Below, one piece after another: positions 26,123 through 36,391 of a stretch of 36,391 bases of DNA. The notes below the pieces were generated by a model, which was not told the DNA's origin, made no database searches, and was given only the letters and a program-made list of their open reading frames with translations. Position 1 is the first letter of the stretch; each line of letters starts with the position of its first letter. The position numbers were made by a program, and so were the translations under genes. Origin of the DNA: Nemertoderma westbladi (taxonomy: Eukaryota; Animalia; Xenacoelomorpha); contig JAUCBJ010005001.1 of the NCBI GenBank assembly GCA_032718475.1, positions 1-36,391 on the forward strand, written 5' to 3'.

Positions 26123-27810
26123 AACACTACCGTACCTACTAACAACCTACTGTACCTACATGTACAAACTAATTACGTATTCATTGCAATTCCATTTGCT
26201 GTGGATGAAGTTTTTGTTTTCTTTAATTAAATGTCAGATACTATTTGTATTTATTCTTCAATGAATACTAATGCGTATTTACGAGTTTACTAATCTCTGC
26301 ATGATATTCCTTCTTCGATTCTTCTTCTCAAATTCCATCTCAAGGCTACCAATAATCCATGATTTGCCAGTCAAGATTATATGAAAATTATGAATATCTC
26401 ATAGCGATCATATTTAGTAGGAAATTGTCAACCGGGACAGGTGGAGTTCCCTAGGCCTTGCGGGCCATTGATAAGACCCAAACTCTGTAACAGACAGCGG
26501 CTACCTGAAGAGCTGGCTCAGATCAATACCTAGGTTGACTTTTCTGCAGTATTTTGTGTATATTCCCATATCACACCCCACACTATCTTACATTGTCCCA
26601 GTCCCCTTTTTTATATCATATCAAATTTAATATAGGACGTCTGCTATTGTGCGGACTCCCCCAACCTCACACCATTATTATTACACACTGCTGTATCTGT
26701 TGTGGGAATTTTATTATATTTTTGTTATCTATTTTCCTCAATAATTATCTGCGAAAGTAATGGGTATTGCCAATGACTCTCCCTAGAGAGATCAGTTGGG
26801 TCCTCCTCTCCCAGCTAGATAATAATTACCGATATGTGGCTCTCTGAGGATGAACATTCTCTGCTTGAGCTTTAATTTCCGCCCATCTACTGTAATTATT
26901 TACAAAGTAATCACCAGTATTATACCTAGTGGTATTATCACCAGTATTATATTTCACCCTCCAGTAGCCCGGATATATTTTTACGTCCCAAGGAAAATAA
27001 ACATAGAATTTTACTCAAAACTCACTTGGTCCCATAGTCTAGTAAGTATAGCTCTAGTTAGTATATCCTTTTCCAAGCGAGTCATTATACTTGATTTGAG
27101 AATTTATGGGGTAGAATATCATTAAATCTCGAATTAATTTCGTAAAATGGTCGCAAATATCATACACGAATTTACAGAGTCAAAACAATTTAGTTAAATT
27201 ATTTATTATAGAACGGGAAAGGAGCAGGTTACAGTGGCGGCGAAACTAGAATTCTAACTTGGTATATTCAAATCGCCTCAGTAGTGCCCGATTACCTAAG
27301 ACCAGCACCACCCAGCAGGCACGACGGTTGAGTTTGCCATCGTAGAACTGATATGTCGCAGAAGTGTGGCCATATATGTTATTACATAAAAAAATTAATT
27401 AGCTTTCTCAAAGCGGTAAGGAGTGTTTTATACAACTGATCCTCAAACAAATTTTGTCCCTCGAAATAGACATGCTAACCTTGTCACGTCACCACTCTAT
27501 GCAAACATCCCAGTTAGGTAAAAAATGAAAGACTTTTATATAAGTTTAGGTTTTATTATTAGTCAACATAATCATGGTAGTAAACATCCGACCATGTCAT
27601 GAAACACTTCTTCTTTTACAATCACAATGAAACATGTAATATTACAATGAACGTAATTGATGGTGCTGTATTGCTGTATTAGCTTTTGGTTTATATCAAA
27701 CATCCATAAACGATCAAATTGTATTATATTAATAGCATTTCAACTAAAACTCATCTAAGTAGAAACCGTTAACATTAAAACAAGTGACTTATTTAGAAAA
27801 TAACGAATTA

Positions 27811-27816
27811 TTTATT
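27811..27816 (-). promoter_or_regulatory. Candidate AATAAA polyadenylation signal for the neuropeptide gene (alternative at 27552-27557)
   Basis: TTTATT on the + strand about 150 nt past the TGA. The context is AT-rich, so chance occurrence is likely. Confidence 0.3.
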
Positions 27817-27967
27817 GTTATGCTCTGAATAATTATTTTCCCACCACGGCGTCCAGTTAAACATTCATTGTTGAACATTGATAGACCTACCGAAATAGTG
27901 ACTGTTCATTAGTTACTTGTTGGGGTGATGAGAGTGCAGGATGTAGAAGCGTTCCCCAGTTGGTTCT

Positions 27968-28182
27968 TCACCAGTAAGGGTTGGAATTTGGATTCCAGGA
28001 CCGCTTGCGACCTATTTTTAGCCTTTTTTCAGCCGACTGCTCTTCCGAACTCCAATATCCATTCTCGAAATTCTTCTTGCCTATTTTTAGTCGCTTAGCA
28101 ACCTCGTCATGGTAACTACCCATATATTCATCAGACTTTTTTCCGATTTTCAATCGCTTTGATAGATCGAATTCTCTTGAAT
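27968..28182 (-). CDS. Terminal exon of a putative multicopy neuropeptide precursor (LKI-amide)
   Basis: Acceptor atttatttctcttcag| at 28183, phase 1. xSREFDLS-KRLKIGKK-SDEYMGSYHDEVA-KRLKIGKK-NFENGYWSSEEQSAE-KRLKIGRKR-SWNPNSNPYW*. Dibasic sites, Gly amide donor, acidic spacers and synonymous codon differences between the repeats. Confidence 0.8.
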
Positions 28183-28806
28183 CTGAAGAGAAATAAATAT
28201 TCATGATAAAATCATAAAGTTACAAGGCAACCCAACACCGGGTTAAAATATCTAAAGATGCGAACCCGCCTGGTTATAATATAAAAATAATTTGTTGCGC
28301 AGTGATTTAAACATTTTATGGTGCATTAAGAAAAGTTAGAGGTACAATAAATTTGTACACCGTGTCCGGGTGTGTGTACACAACAAAGACCCAAGACCAT
28401 AAGAACTAAGACCCTACAAAGTGAGACCCCCTCCCCACAAATAAAATGTTTAAGTTTGAGTGTTTTGTTTTGTTTAACAAACTTATATTTGTAGTACAAA
28501 TCAATGTAAGTTGCATTGACTTCTGCATTGACTCATTGCTGCTGGTTTGTTGGTATGGTAAGAAACATTTATATGTAGATCACCTGATCAGAGAATCTGA
28601 TCCGACCAGCTGATCAGCGCCGCCTAACCAAGTGGTGGACCAGGATGCTTAGTAGGTTCATCCAAAATTAACCACATTGATTATGGGAACGATTTCTGTT
28701 TAATTTCAAACTCCTTTCATTTTTTATAAAACTTACTCAATAAGGTCTAGCCCAATCCTGGCTTTCATCCTTAACTGGTCGATAAATGGAAATCATGGCA
28801 ACTTTG

Positions 28807-29094
28807 AAAACAGAGTGGAAGGGTTTACAGTGGAAGATCCCCCGTGGTGGTGAACTGGCATTCCTTTAGGAAACAGAGTGGTAGGGTTTACTATGGAAGA
28901 TCACTCATGGTGGTGAACAGGCATTCCTTTAGGAAACAGAGTGGATAGGTTTACTGTGGAAGATCACTCATGGTGGTGAACAGGCATCCTTTAGGTAACA
29001 GAGTGAAAGGGTTTACTGTGGAAGATCGCCCATGGTGGTGAACAGGCATTCCTTTGTGAAACAGAGTGGAAGGATTTACTGTGGACGATCACTC
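28807..29094. repeat. 63-bp tandem repeat, about 4.6 diverged copies
   Basis: CAGAGTG anchors at 28811, 28874, 28937, 28999 and 29062. Confidence 0.92.
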
Positions 29095-29204
29095 GAAAAA
29101 ATGTTCTAATATTTAACTTTGTAGTTCAGATTATTTGTTTTTTATTTGTTTTTTATTTTTATTTGTATTTATTATTTGTTTTGTAGTTCATATTATTAAA
29201 TTAA

Positions 29205-30642
29205 CCCTATTAGTACCGGGCTATAAAATGTTGTACAAATACCGGGGGGGGGGGGGGGTCCCCCACGCCCCTCTAAAATCGACAAATTTTAACGAAAACG
29301 TCTGAGTTTTTGTTTGTACGTAAATTTCACTAGTCTAAATCCGACCGAAAAAAACATTTTCGAAAAAATGTACTGGGGTGGTTATTTTGAGGCACCAAAA
29401 TTACAAGTAGTGAACAATTTTCACAAAATTTGAAAGTTACAATTATCGGCTAATTGTTATAATTGTTCGGCGCAAAATCCATTGGATAATATTTAAGAAT
29501 GACCTGATTACTATAAATGGCTGTTTTAGTCCTCTATGTAGACAAAAATGAAAAAAACAATTAACCAGCACTTTTCAGTTAGAACACAAAATTTTTAATT
29601 ATCTTATACGATGCTATAAATTCAGATTTTCAGGTTTACTGTGGCGCTGATTCTAATGGAATACATTTTTAATATGCCAGATCAATGCTAAACGTATTTT
29701 TCGGCGCTATATGGCAAATTTTGGTGCTATCATCAAATTTCGTACCCATAACCAAAAAGTACAAGTTTGAGACGTCCAGTGCTGTTTTTATTGATTCCAT
29801 GGGATTCAGGACCCTCATAAACCCGATTAACGCAAGAAACAAGATGATACTATCTATTGTTCAATTTTCTTATTTTCAAAAATTTTCAAAAAATAACAAG
29901 GGGACACAATTAATTGATGTATTTGATGGTTTTCAAAATTTGATGCTAGCACAAAATTTTGCACCCACTTCCGAAAAATACAAGTTTGAGATGTCTAGTT
30001 AGATAATTTTTTATTCCATTGAATTCAGAACCGCCATAAACCTATAAAAGGCGAGAAATAAGTTTCCACAAGCAATTGAACTATTGCCTGTATTTTCAAA
30101 ATTTCGTGTGGCACCAAAATTTGCACACAGCACCGAAAATTACAAGTTTGATAGCCCTGGTGCCTCTCTTATATCTTCCAACGAAACCAGAACCCCAAAA
30201 AACCAATATTGCGCAAAAAACAGGTTCAAACAATCAATTTACAAAATTGAAATATTTCAAAATTTGGCATCAGCCGAAAAAAAGGGTTTGAAATTTCTAA
30301 ATTAATTTATATGAATTCCATCTAATTTCAAACACCAAAAAACCGGTGTAAATCAAATTAGAGATGTTACAAATCATATTTCATGCAATGTAATTTTCAA
30401 AAACGTCTCAAAAAAAAGTGCCAAAAGTAGGGTTATAAAATGGTGCAATAACTCGAAAGCTTTCCAATATTTTTGAAAACGGTTTTCACTACTAGGAAGA
30501 CAATATAATTTTAGGAAAAGTCATAAAATTTCAGATTCCCTACTGCGTTTGTTTCAGAGTTATTAAAAATAACCACGGGGGGATGGGTTCATATTGACCC
30601 CCCCCCCCCACCCCCCCCCCCCCCCCCCCGAGTTTAATAGGG
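29205..30642. mobile_element. Non-autonomous piggyBac-type DNA transposon, 1438 bp
   Basis: TTAA|CCCTATTA...TAATAGGG|TTAA, i.e. TTAA target duplication (29201-29204, 30643-30646) with CCC/GGG termini. Subterminal poly-G on the left and poly-C on the right; diverged internal repeats; no transposase ORF. Confidence 0.8.
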
Positions 30643-31505
30643 TTAAGCATGCTTTTTCCATCTATGCTCTCGCATTACTACAGTCAACCAATTTGTTAAT
30701 GCTTCTACATAGGTTATGGTGCAATTATGTCGTGCTATTTATACCCCTATATAGTGCGGTAGTTTAAGATCTTTTTTTAATTATTCACAATAATATTCAC
30801 AAAGAGTCTATAAGAAGCTTAATTAAAGTGGCATACAACAACTATCAAAGTACAAATCTTCCTATCTGTTGAACTTACCAGTATATGGAAAGCTCAACCT
30901 TCAGAAATTAATCATTGTTATATTTATTAGGTATATGTAAAGTTTATCTGGGAGAATTGTTTCGTTAATCGATATTCTCCCTAACACTAATAATTCATTC
31001 CTGGTGACATCCACCATTGGTGGTCCACCACTGGTGGACACATTTACGTTTGAATCCAAATTTCAAACGTCATATCTTGAATAGTAAGAGTTATTCTCCC
31101 CTTTTACGCAATCTTTTGTGTTTTAATGGCTTATATTATAATGTATAGGTTTTCAATATGTGCATTATGGGCGATTTTATGAAATAATCCTAATATATGA
31201 GCATTCGAAAGTCGAATGAAATCGTTTTTGCATCTGCGCGAGGGTATTTTATTGATTTGGTTTACTTTTTATGAATGTTTACATGTTTATAGCTGAGTAA
31301 CTGGTATGAGGCTCATGCCTCTGATGCGGCAGATCACTGCGAGGGCTTTACAGCGTTCACAGAGGGAATTTAAATAGCAGCGGCAGAATCAATTCCTGTA
31401 CAGAAATCCTCGAAACAGAAAGAAGGCCCCACTGACTAACCACATAATTTGGAAGTACCGAGAGGACCACACTTTACGGAATGGGAACTGGTTCAAAATG
31501 TCAAA

Positions 31506-31990
31506 TCAGATCAGTATGCGATGGTTCGATTTTGATGGTGACACAGAACCACTTGAAGTATTATGGGGAGTCCTCAGGGAGACACACTTGCACCATTCTT
31601 GTTCATAATTGTGGTTGACTATGTTCTACGCATGTCCTTAGATCATCATAATGATGATGAGGTGATGATATCTTCACCTACTGGCTCCAGAAGACGAGGA
31701 AATCCTGCCAAGTCCCTAACTGATCTAGACTTTGCTGATGACTTAGGAGTACTCTCAGAATCATTAGAGGGAGCCCTACGGCTCCTCGGCTCATTAGAAC
31801 ATGCTGCTTCTAGTGTTGGTCTTTTTGTCAACATCAAGAAGACCAAAATGTTGACAGTTGAATTCGACACCCATTAGGAAATGTCTGACAATAAAAGCTA
31901 AGTTCTAAGGATGGATGGTGTGCTGGAGCATGTGGATGACTCTAGCATATGGATGTGGGTCAGAAATCACGTGACCTTCGAATGCATAGT
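31506..31990 (+). mobile_element. RTE-like LINE internal fragment, copy 3, decayed
   Basis: QGDTLAPFLFIIVVDYVLRMSLDH...LTDLDFADDLGVLSESLEGA matches copies 1 and 2; deletions, a frameshift and a stop; 3' end missing. Confidence 0.88.
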
Positions 31991-32026
31991 GGAATTATAT
32001 AAGCGGAATTTAATGGGCAGACTAGA

Positions 32027-33228
32027 TGATCACCTACTTTGGGTGCCTCAATGGATCACCTACTTTGGGTGCCTCAATGGATCACCTAATTTGGGTGCCT
32101 CAATGGATCACCTACTTTGGGTGCCTCAATGGATCACCTACTTTGGGTGCCTCAATGGATCACCTACTTTGGGTGCCTCAATGGATCACCTACTTTGGGT
32201 GCCTCAATGGATCACCTACTTTGGGTGCCTCAATGGATCACCTAATTTGGGTGCCTCAATGGATCACCTACTTTGGGTGCCTCAATGGATCACCTACTTT
32301 GGGTGCCTCAATGGATCACCTACTTTGGGTGCCTCAATGGATCACCTACTTTGGGTGCCTCAATGGATCACCTACTTTGGGTGCCTCAATGGATCACCTA
32401 CTTTGGGTGCCTCAATGGATCACCTACTTTGGGTGGTTCAATGGATCACCTACTTTGGGTGCCTCAATGGATCACCTACTTTGGGTGCCTCAATGGATCA
32501 CCTACTTTGGGTGGTTCAATGGATCACCTACTTTGGGTGCCTCAATGGATCACCTACTTTGGGTGCCTCAATGGATCACCTAATTTGGGTGCCTCAATGG
32601 ATCACCTACTTTGGGTGCCTCAATGGATCACCTACTTTGGGTGCCTCAATGGATCACCTACTTTGGGTGCCTCAATGGATCACCTACTTTGGGTGCCTCA
32701 ATGGATCACCTACTTTGGGTGCCTCAATGGATCACCTAATTTGGGTGCCTCAATGGATCACCTACTTTGGGTGCCTCAATGGATCACCTACTTTGGGTGC
32801 CTCAATGGATCACCTACTTTGGGTGCCTCAATGGATCACCTACTTTGGGTGCCTCAATGGATCACCTACTTTGGGTGCCTCAATGGATCACCTACTTTGG
32901 GTGCCTCAATGGATCACCTACTTTGGGTGGTTCAATGGATCACCTACTTTGGGTGCCTCAATGGATCACCTACTTTGGGTGCCTCAATGGATCACCTACT
33001 TTGGGTGGTTCAATGGATCACCTACTTTGGGTGCCTCAATGGATCACCTACTTTGGGTGCCTCAATGGATCACCTACTTTGGGTGGCTCAATGGATCACC
33101 TACTTTGGGTGCCTCAATGGATCACCTACTTTGGGTGGCTCAATGGATCACCTACTTTGGGTGCCTCAATGGATCACCTACTTTGGGTGCCTCAATGAGA
33201 ATATTCACCTACTTTGGGTGCCTCAATG
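32027..33228. repeat. Minisatellite, 26-bp unit ATGGATCACCTACTTTGGGTGCCTCA, about 46 copies
   Basis: Directly visible, with GGTTCA, GGCTCA and CCTAATTT variants. Confidence 0.98.
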
Positions 33229-34577
33229 ATAATACTTTTTTCATTTGTTAGTGTTTTTTGAAGGGCCTAGTGGCTAAGTACTAAAATTTGCGCGTTAATG
33301 TCCTAATTCCATGTTTTTTTGTAGTCTGTGTGATGTAACAATCTAATGTTAACCTCTTTTTAGTTTAATATATTAAGAATTAATTCACAAGATTTTCAGA
33401 TAATAATGGGTGACAGGGAGATGTTGTTGGTAAGCCAGTACAGTATTCTTAATGCACCTGAAATGCAGCATATAGAATGCAGCATGCTGAATATATATAG
33501 ATTGAAATATTGTTTCCCCATTGTTTCATTTTTCAAAAGTAAATAATTATATTATAATTTTAAAGACATATTTACCAGAATTTTAATTTAATTAGGAATT
33601 TTATTTACTTAAATTGCCCGCGGAAATGAGGCAAGTCAAAATATTGCTGCTTAGTAAAACTGATATAAAATAACGATTCCATTATAGTATGCTCCTTCCT
33701 GTAAGATAAATAAATCCTTTAAGCACATCACATCCACTGCATGTGATGCACTGCCTAAGTGGTTGACAGGAAATCAATTAGGTGCTGTACATATAAAACT
33801 CGACCATTCACTCACTCACTCACTCACCACTCACTCCATGCATGATTATTATGATGTCAGTTTAATTAATAGGCAATACATTAATTTGATTGGAACAAAC
33901 CAAACGCAAAAATAAATCTGTGATAAATCTTAATGAATGATTTCTGATAAATACGATAAATAGTGAAGGAATAATTTGTTTTATTCAAATTGATGATGGT
34001 CAATTATATTTCATTTTAAGATGATACTGAAGGTAGTGTATAAATCCATCTTTCACTCAGATGAAATATCTAGCTATGATGTCAATATTAAGATTATAAA
34101 ATAACATATGAAATTAGAAATGCACGGAGCTAGTATTGCTAGCGATGCTTAATAAGTTTATTTTGGAACTGCAAAAGCGGTGGTTTCTAGGGCTTCACAA
34201 GGTCTAGATCGATTAGTCAATATCACAACATTGCTCTGTGATCACTGCAAATTAATAAAGATCAATATGACAGTAAACCGAGGGTCGAGATCGTTAACAT
34301 GATTATTTAAATTGAACTCCCAGTAACCTAAAATCAATTTCAACCCCCTTAGTTGTATTATGTTTATGCTTAAGTGTTATTTACTAATAATATATTTATC
34401 AATTATTATTAATTCCACAAAGCGAATTAAGGTTATAAGGGGAGAGGTAGGGTAAAAATTGAACTTATGGCTCACCAACACCAAAATTAAGAATAATGCA
34501 CAATTACAGCACAGAACGATGAATAATGCACAGAACCTAAATTAAGTCAATAACGGGGAAAAAATGTATATGCCAAA

Positions 34578-34951
34578 GTTATAAAGCGATCTCCTATTAT
34601 TTATTATTAGTAGTACCAGTTGACCAACAAGACCAGTTTATTTATATAGCAGCACGATCATTAGAGACACTTAGGGAAGTGCTGCGGCATCGAATAGCAT
34701 TTAACAACAAATGATGGCAATCCACGAAGCTAAGGAAAATCAACTACTTTCGCTAAGAAAGATTTTCCTTAGCTGAGATGGTCTATTCATAGTGGGCTAT
34801 TTTACTTGTTATAAAGCGATCTCCTATTATTTATTATTAGTAGTACCAGTTGACCAACAAGACCAGTTTATATATATAGCAGCACGATCATTAGAGACAC
34901 TTAGGGAAGTGCTGCGGCATCGAATAGCATTTAACAACAAATGATGGCAAT
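34578..34951. repeat. 144-bp near-identical direct duplication (34578-34721 and 34808-34951)
   Basis: GTTATAAAGCGATCTCC...CAAATGATGGCAAT repeated at a 230-bp offset; I see a single mismatch. Confidence 0.92.
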
Positions 34952-35700
34952 AATATGGGGCAAAATATTTCTATCTTTTACTTTTATATAGGGGGAAACA
35001 AGAAGGAAGTGGTACTCATCTTCTAAAGCAACTAGATTGTATAAGGTGGACTTACGTTGTTCACGATGAATGTTATACCAACGACCATATTGAATACCCA
35101 GACTATGGGACGAGTATCTGACCCTTATCCTAATATTTAACATACGGTAAGTAACCCTTTAGGTGAGTCTCTTATTAATTGCCCTCACCATTATTGTTGA
35201 ATATGAGCAACCCAATTAACTCGGCCGGGCCCCGGCTGGGCCCTCATCTATAGAATCTCAACTGGAGCATGTAGGCTTGTTTGAGTAGACGACTTGAATT
35301 ACATTTGATAATTTTTTAACCCGAACTTTATTATTCTAAAATTCACTTCGACGAGATAGCGAGAAGATCCCTGTTTCCCCATCATAGACCATGAAGTTCC
35401 GTGTTGTAGTTTTAACCCCCAAAAATCGTTTAAGGAACTTAAGTTGGACTCGTTCAATCTCATCTCCAGCGTATCCATGAAACCCCAAAGCTCACATCCA
35501 TATAAAGGGATTGGTTTAATCAGTGACTCGAATAGGTGATAGGCTAAGTTAAACTCGATGTTCGGGAACTTCAGAAGGAAAAATACGAAAAATACGTTTA
35601 AGAAGAATGGCTTGAAATTGTAATGAATTGTACATCATGGCCCTCAATAACACAACCATAAAACTACAGTATGAAATAACATTGTTAAAGTCATGCCGAA
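34952..35700 (-). mobile_element. Decayed 3' portion of a second LINE family (CR1/L2-group-like ORF2 C-terminus)
   Basis: Minus-strand fragments LFESLIKPIPLYGCELWG, IERVQLKFLKRF and YSSHSLGIQYGRW...LEDEYHFLLVSPY are typical post-RT and decayed C-terminal Cys/His-motif segments of LINE ORF2. Frameshifted; boundaries approximate. Confidence 0.7.
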
Positions 35701-36391
35701 ATTACTGAGTAAAGGTTGGCATTTTGTAGTTTACACAGGAGATCAAAGTCTAAAGTATTAATCTCTGGGAATTAACTTAAATCCAATTACTGTGATAGTG
35801 AAGCCCTTATTATCTGAATTCGTTTCGTATTTCCAGGATTTTAATTATAAGGTTAGTATTATTATAGGCTTCGTATTTCACTTGTTGTATACCTGAACCT
35901 GTGCAGTGATTTACAATTACACCCACTTCACCGCAGACCCATTTCGACACCATCAATTTAAATGATAATTATTCCAAACTTCGACGAATTGTAAAGCTGA
36001 CTAACATGCATTTCTCTAATAATAAAGGAATAGTCAATCCAAGATTCTAGAAAGCGATTTATATTGAGCAGACGAGATCAGAAGGTAGACAATAGGAAAG
36101 AGATAAATAATAATTTTACGTTTCTTTCTACAATTCTTGGCCATCCCCTCCTTCAAACCCATATTTATGATTTATTAAAATTTGGAATGTTTACTACTAC
36201 TACTACTAGTGAAATTCAGTAGACTTGTTGATTCATTAGCGGAGTACTTCATCTCTCTGGGATGGACAATCAAGCGTATCCCCATCGAAACACTATCAAT
36301 ACTTTGGAAAACTTACTCTTTGCCAATATTTCGCCAGTTTTCCGTTTTACATAGGAGCTCTAAACCACAGCGGAACCTACAGCGGGTCCAG

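Noticed and set aside
16605-27125. Assorted short 60-115 aa ORFs (16605, 17257, 17443, 18091, 18403, 20569, 23486, 26554, 26850 and those antisense to the LINEs)
   Set aside because: No recognisable motifs or splice support; expected by chance or shadows of LINE ORFs.
28183-28204. ATG at 28204 as the neuropeptide start
   Set aside because: MNIYFSS is the polypyrimidine tract and acceptor, not a signal peptide.
28807-29094. 63-bp (21-codon) repeat as an additional neuropeptide exon
   Set aside because: In-frame stops in the frames I checked on both strands, one 62-bp unit, and no dibasic/Gly cassette.
28731-30905. GTAAGT donors on the - strand near 28736 and 30878 as the upstream neuropeptide exon
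   Set aside because: Neither is preceded by a signal-peptide-like frame, and the Met-initiated frames before the first end in a stop or the wrong phase.
617-33228. CRISPR arrays, or RT plus repeat arrays as a retron/DGR-like system
   Set aside because: The repeats have no unique spacers, there are no cas genes, the RT is a eukaryotic non-LTR type, and the locus has spliceosomal introns.
31911-33251. 446-aa ORF fusing an RT remnant to a 26-aa repeat
   Set aside because: Chance read-through from a decayed LINE into a stop-free 26-bp minisatellite; the same peptide appears in all frames.

Overview
Eukaryotic (invertebrate-animal-like), AT-rich, repeat-dense genomic DNA; nothing here is prokaryotic. 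Genes, all on the - strand: (1) five GT-AG coding exons of a glucose-6-phosphate exchanger (SLC37A4/G6PT), 13348 down to 2623. They splice in frame to 329 codons; the C-terminal exons are not in the window. Intron 2 (9.17 kb) is almost entirely a 19-bp minisatellite with higher-order structure. (2) A terminal exon (28182-27968) of a probable secreted neuropeptide precursor with three KR-LKI-G-[K/R]K cassettes (predicted LKI-amide) plus a C-terminal SWNPNSNPYW peptide. This is the most interesting signal. (3) A candidate type II membrane protein ORF starting at 221 and running off the left edge, apparently inside SLC37A4 intron 5. The rest is tandem repeats (12, 19, 20, 21, 26, 36, 48 and 63 bp units), three copies of one RTE-like LINE, a decayed LINE of a second family, a TTAA-flanked piggyBac-type non-autonomous element and two copies of another interspersed element. 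Most long ORFs in the supplied track are artefacts of stop-free repeat units. Homology calls come from recognising motifs by eye; no database search was run.
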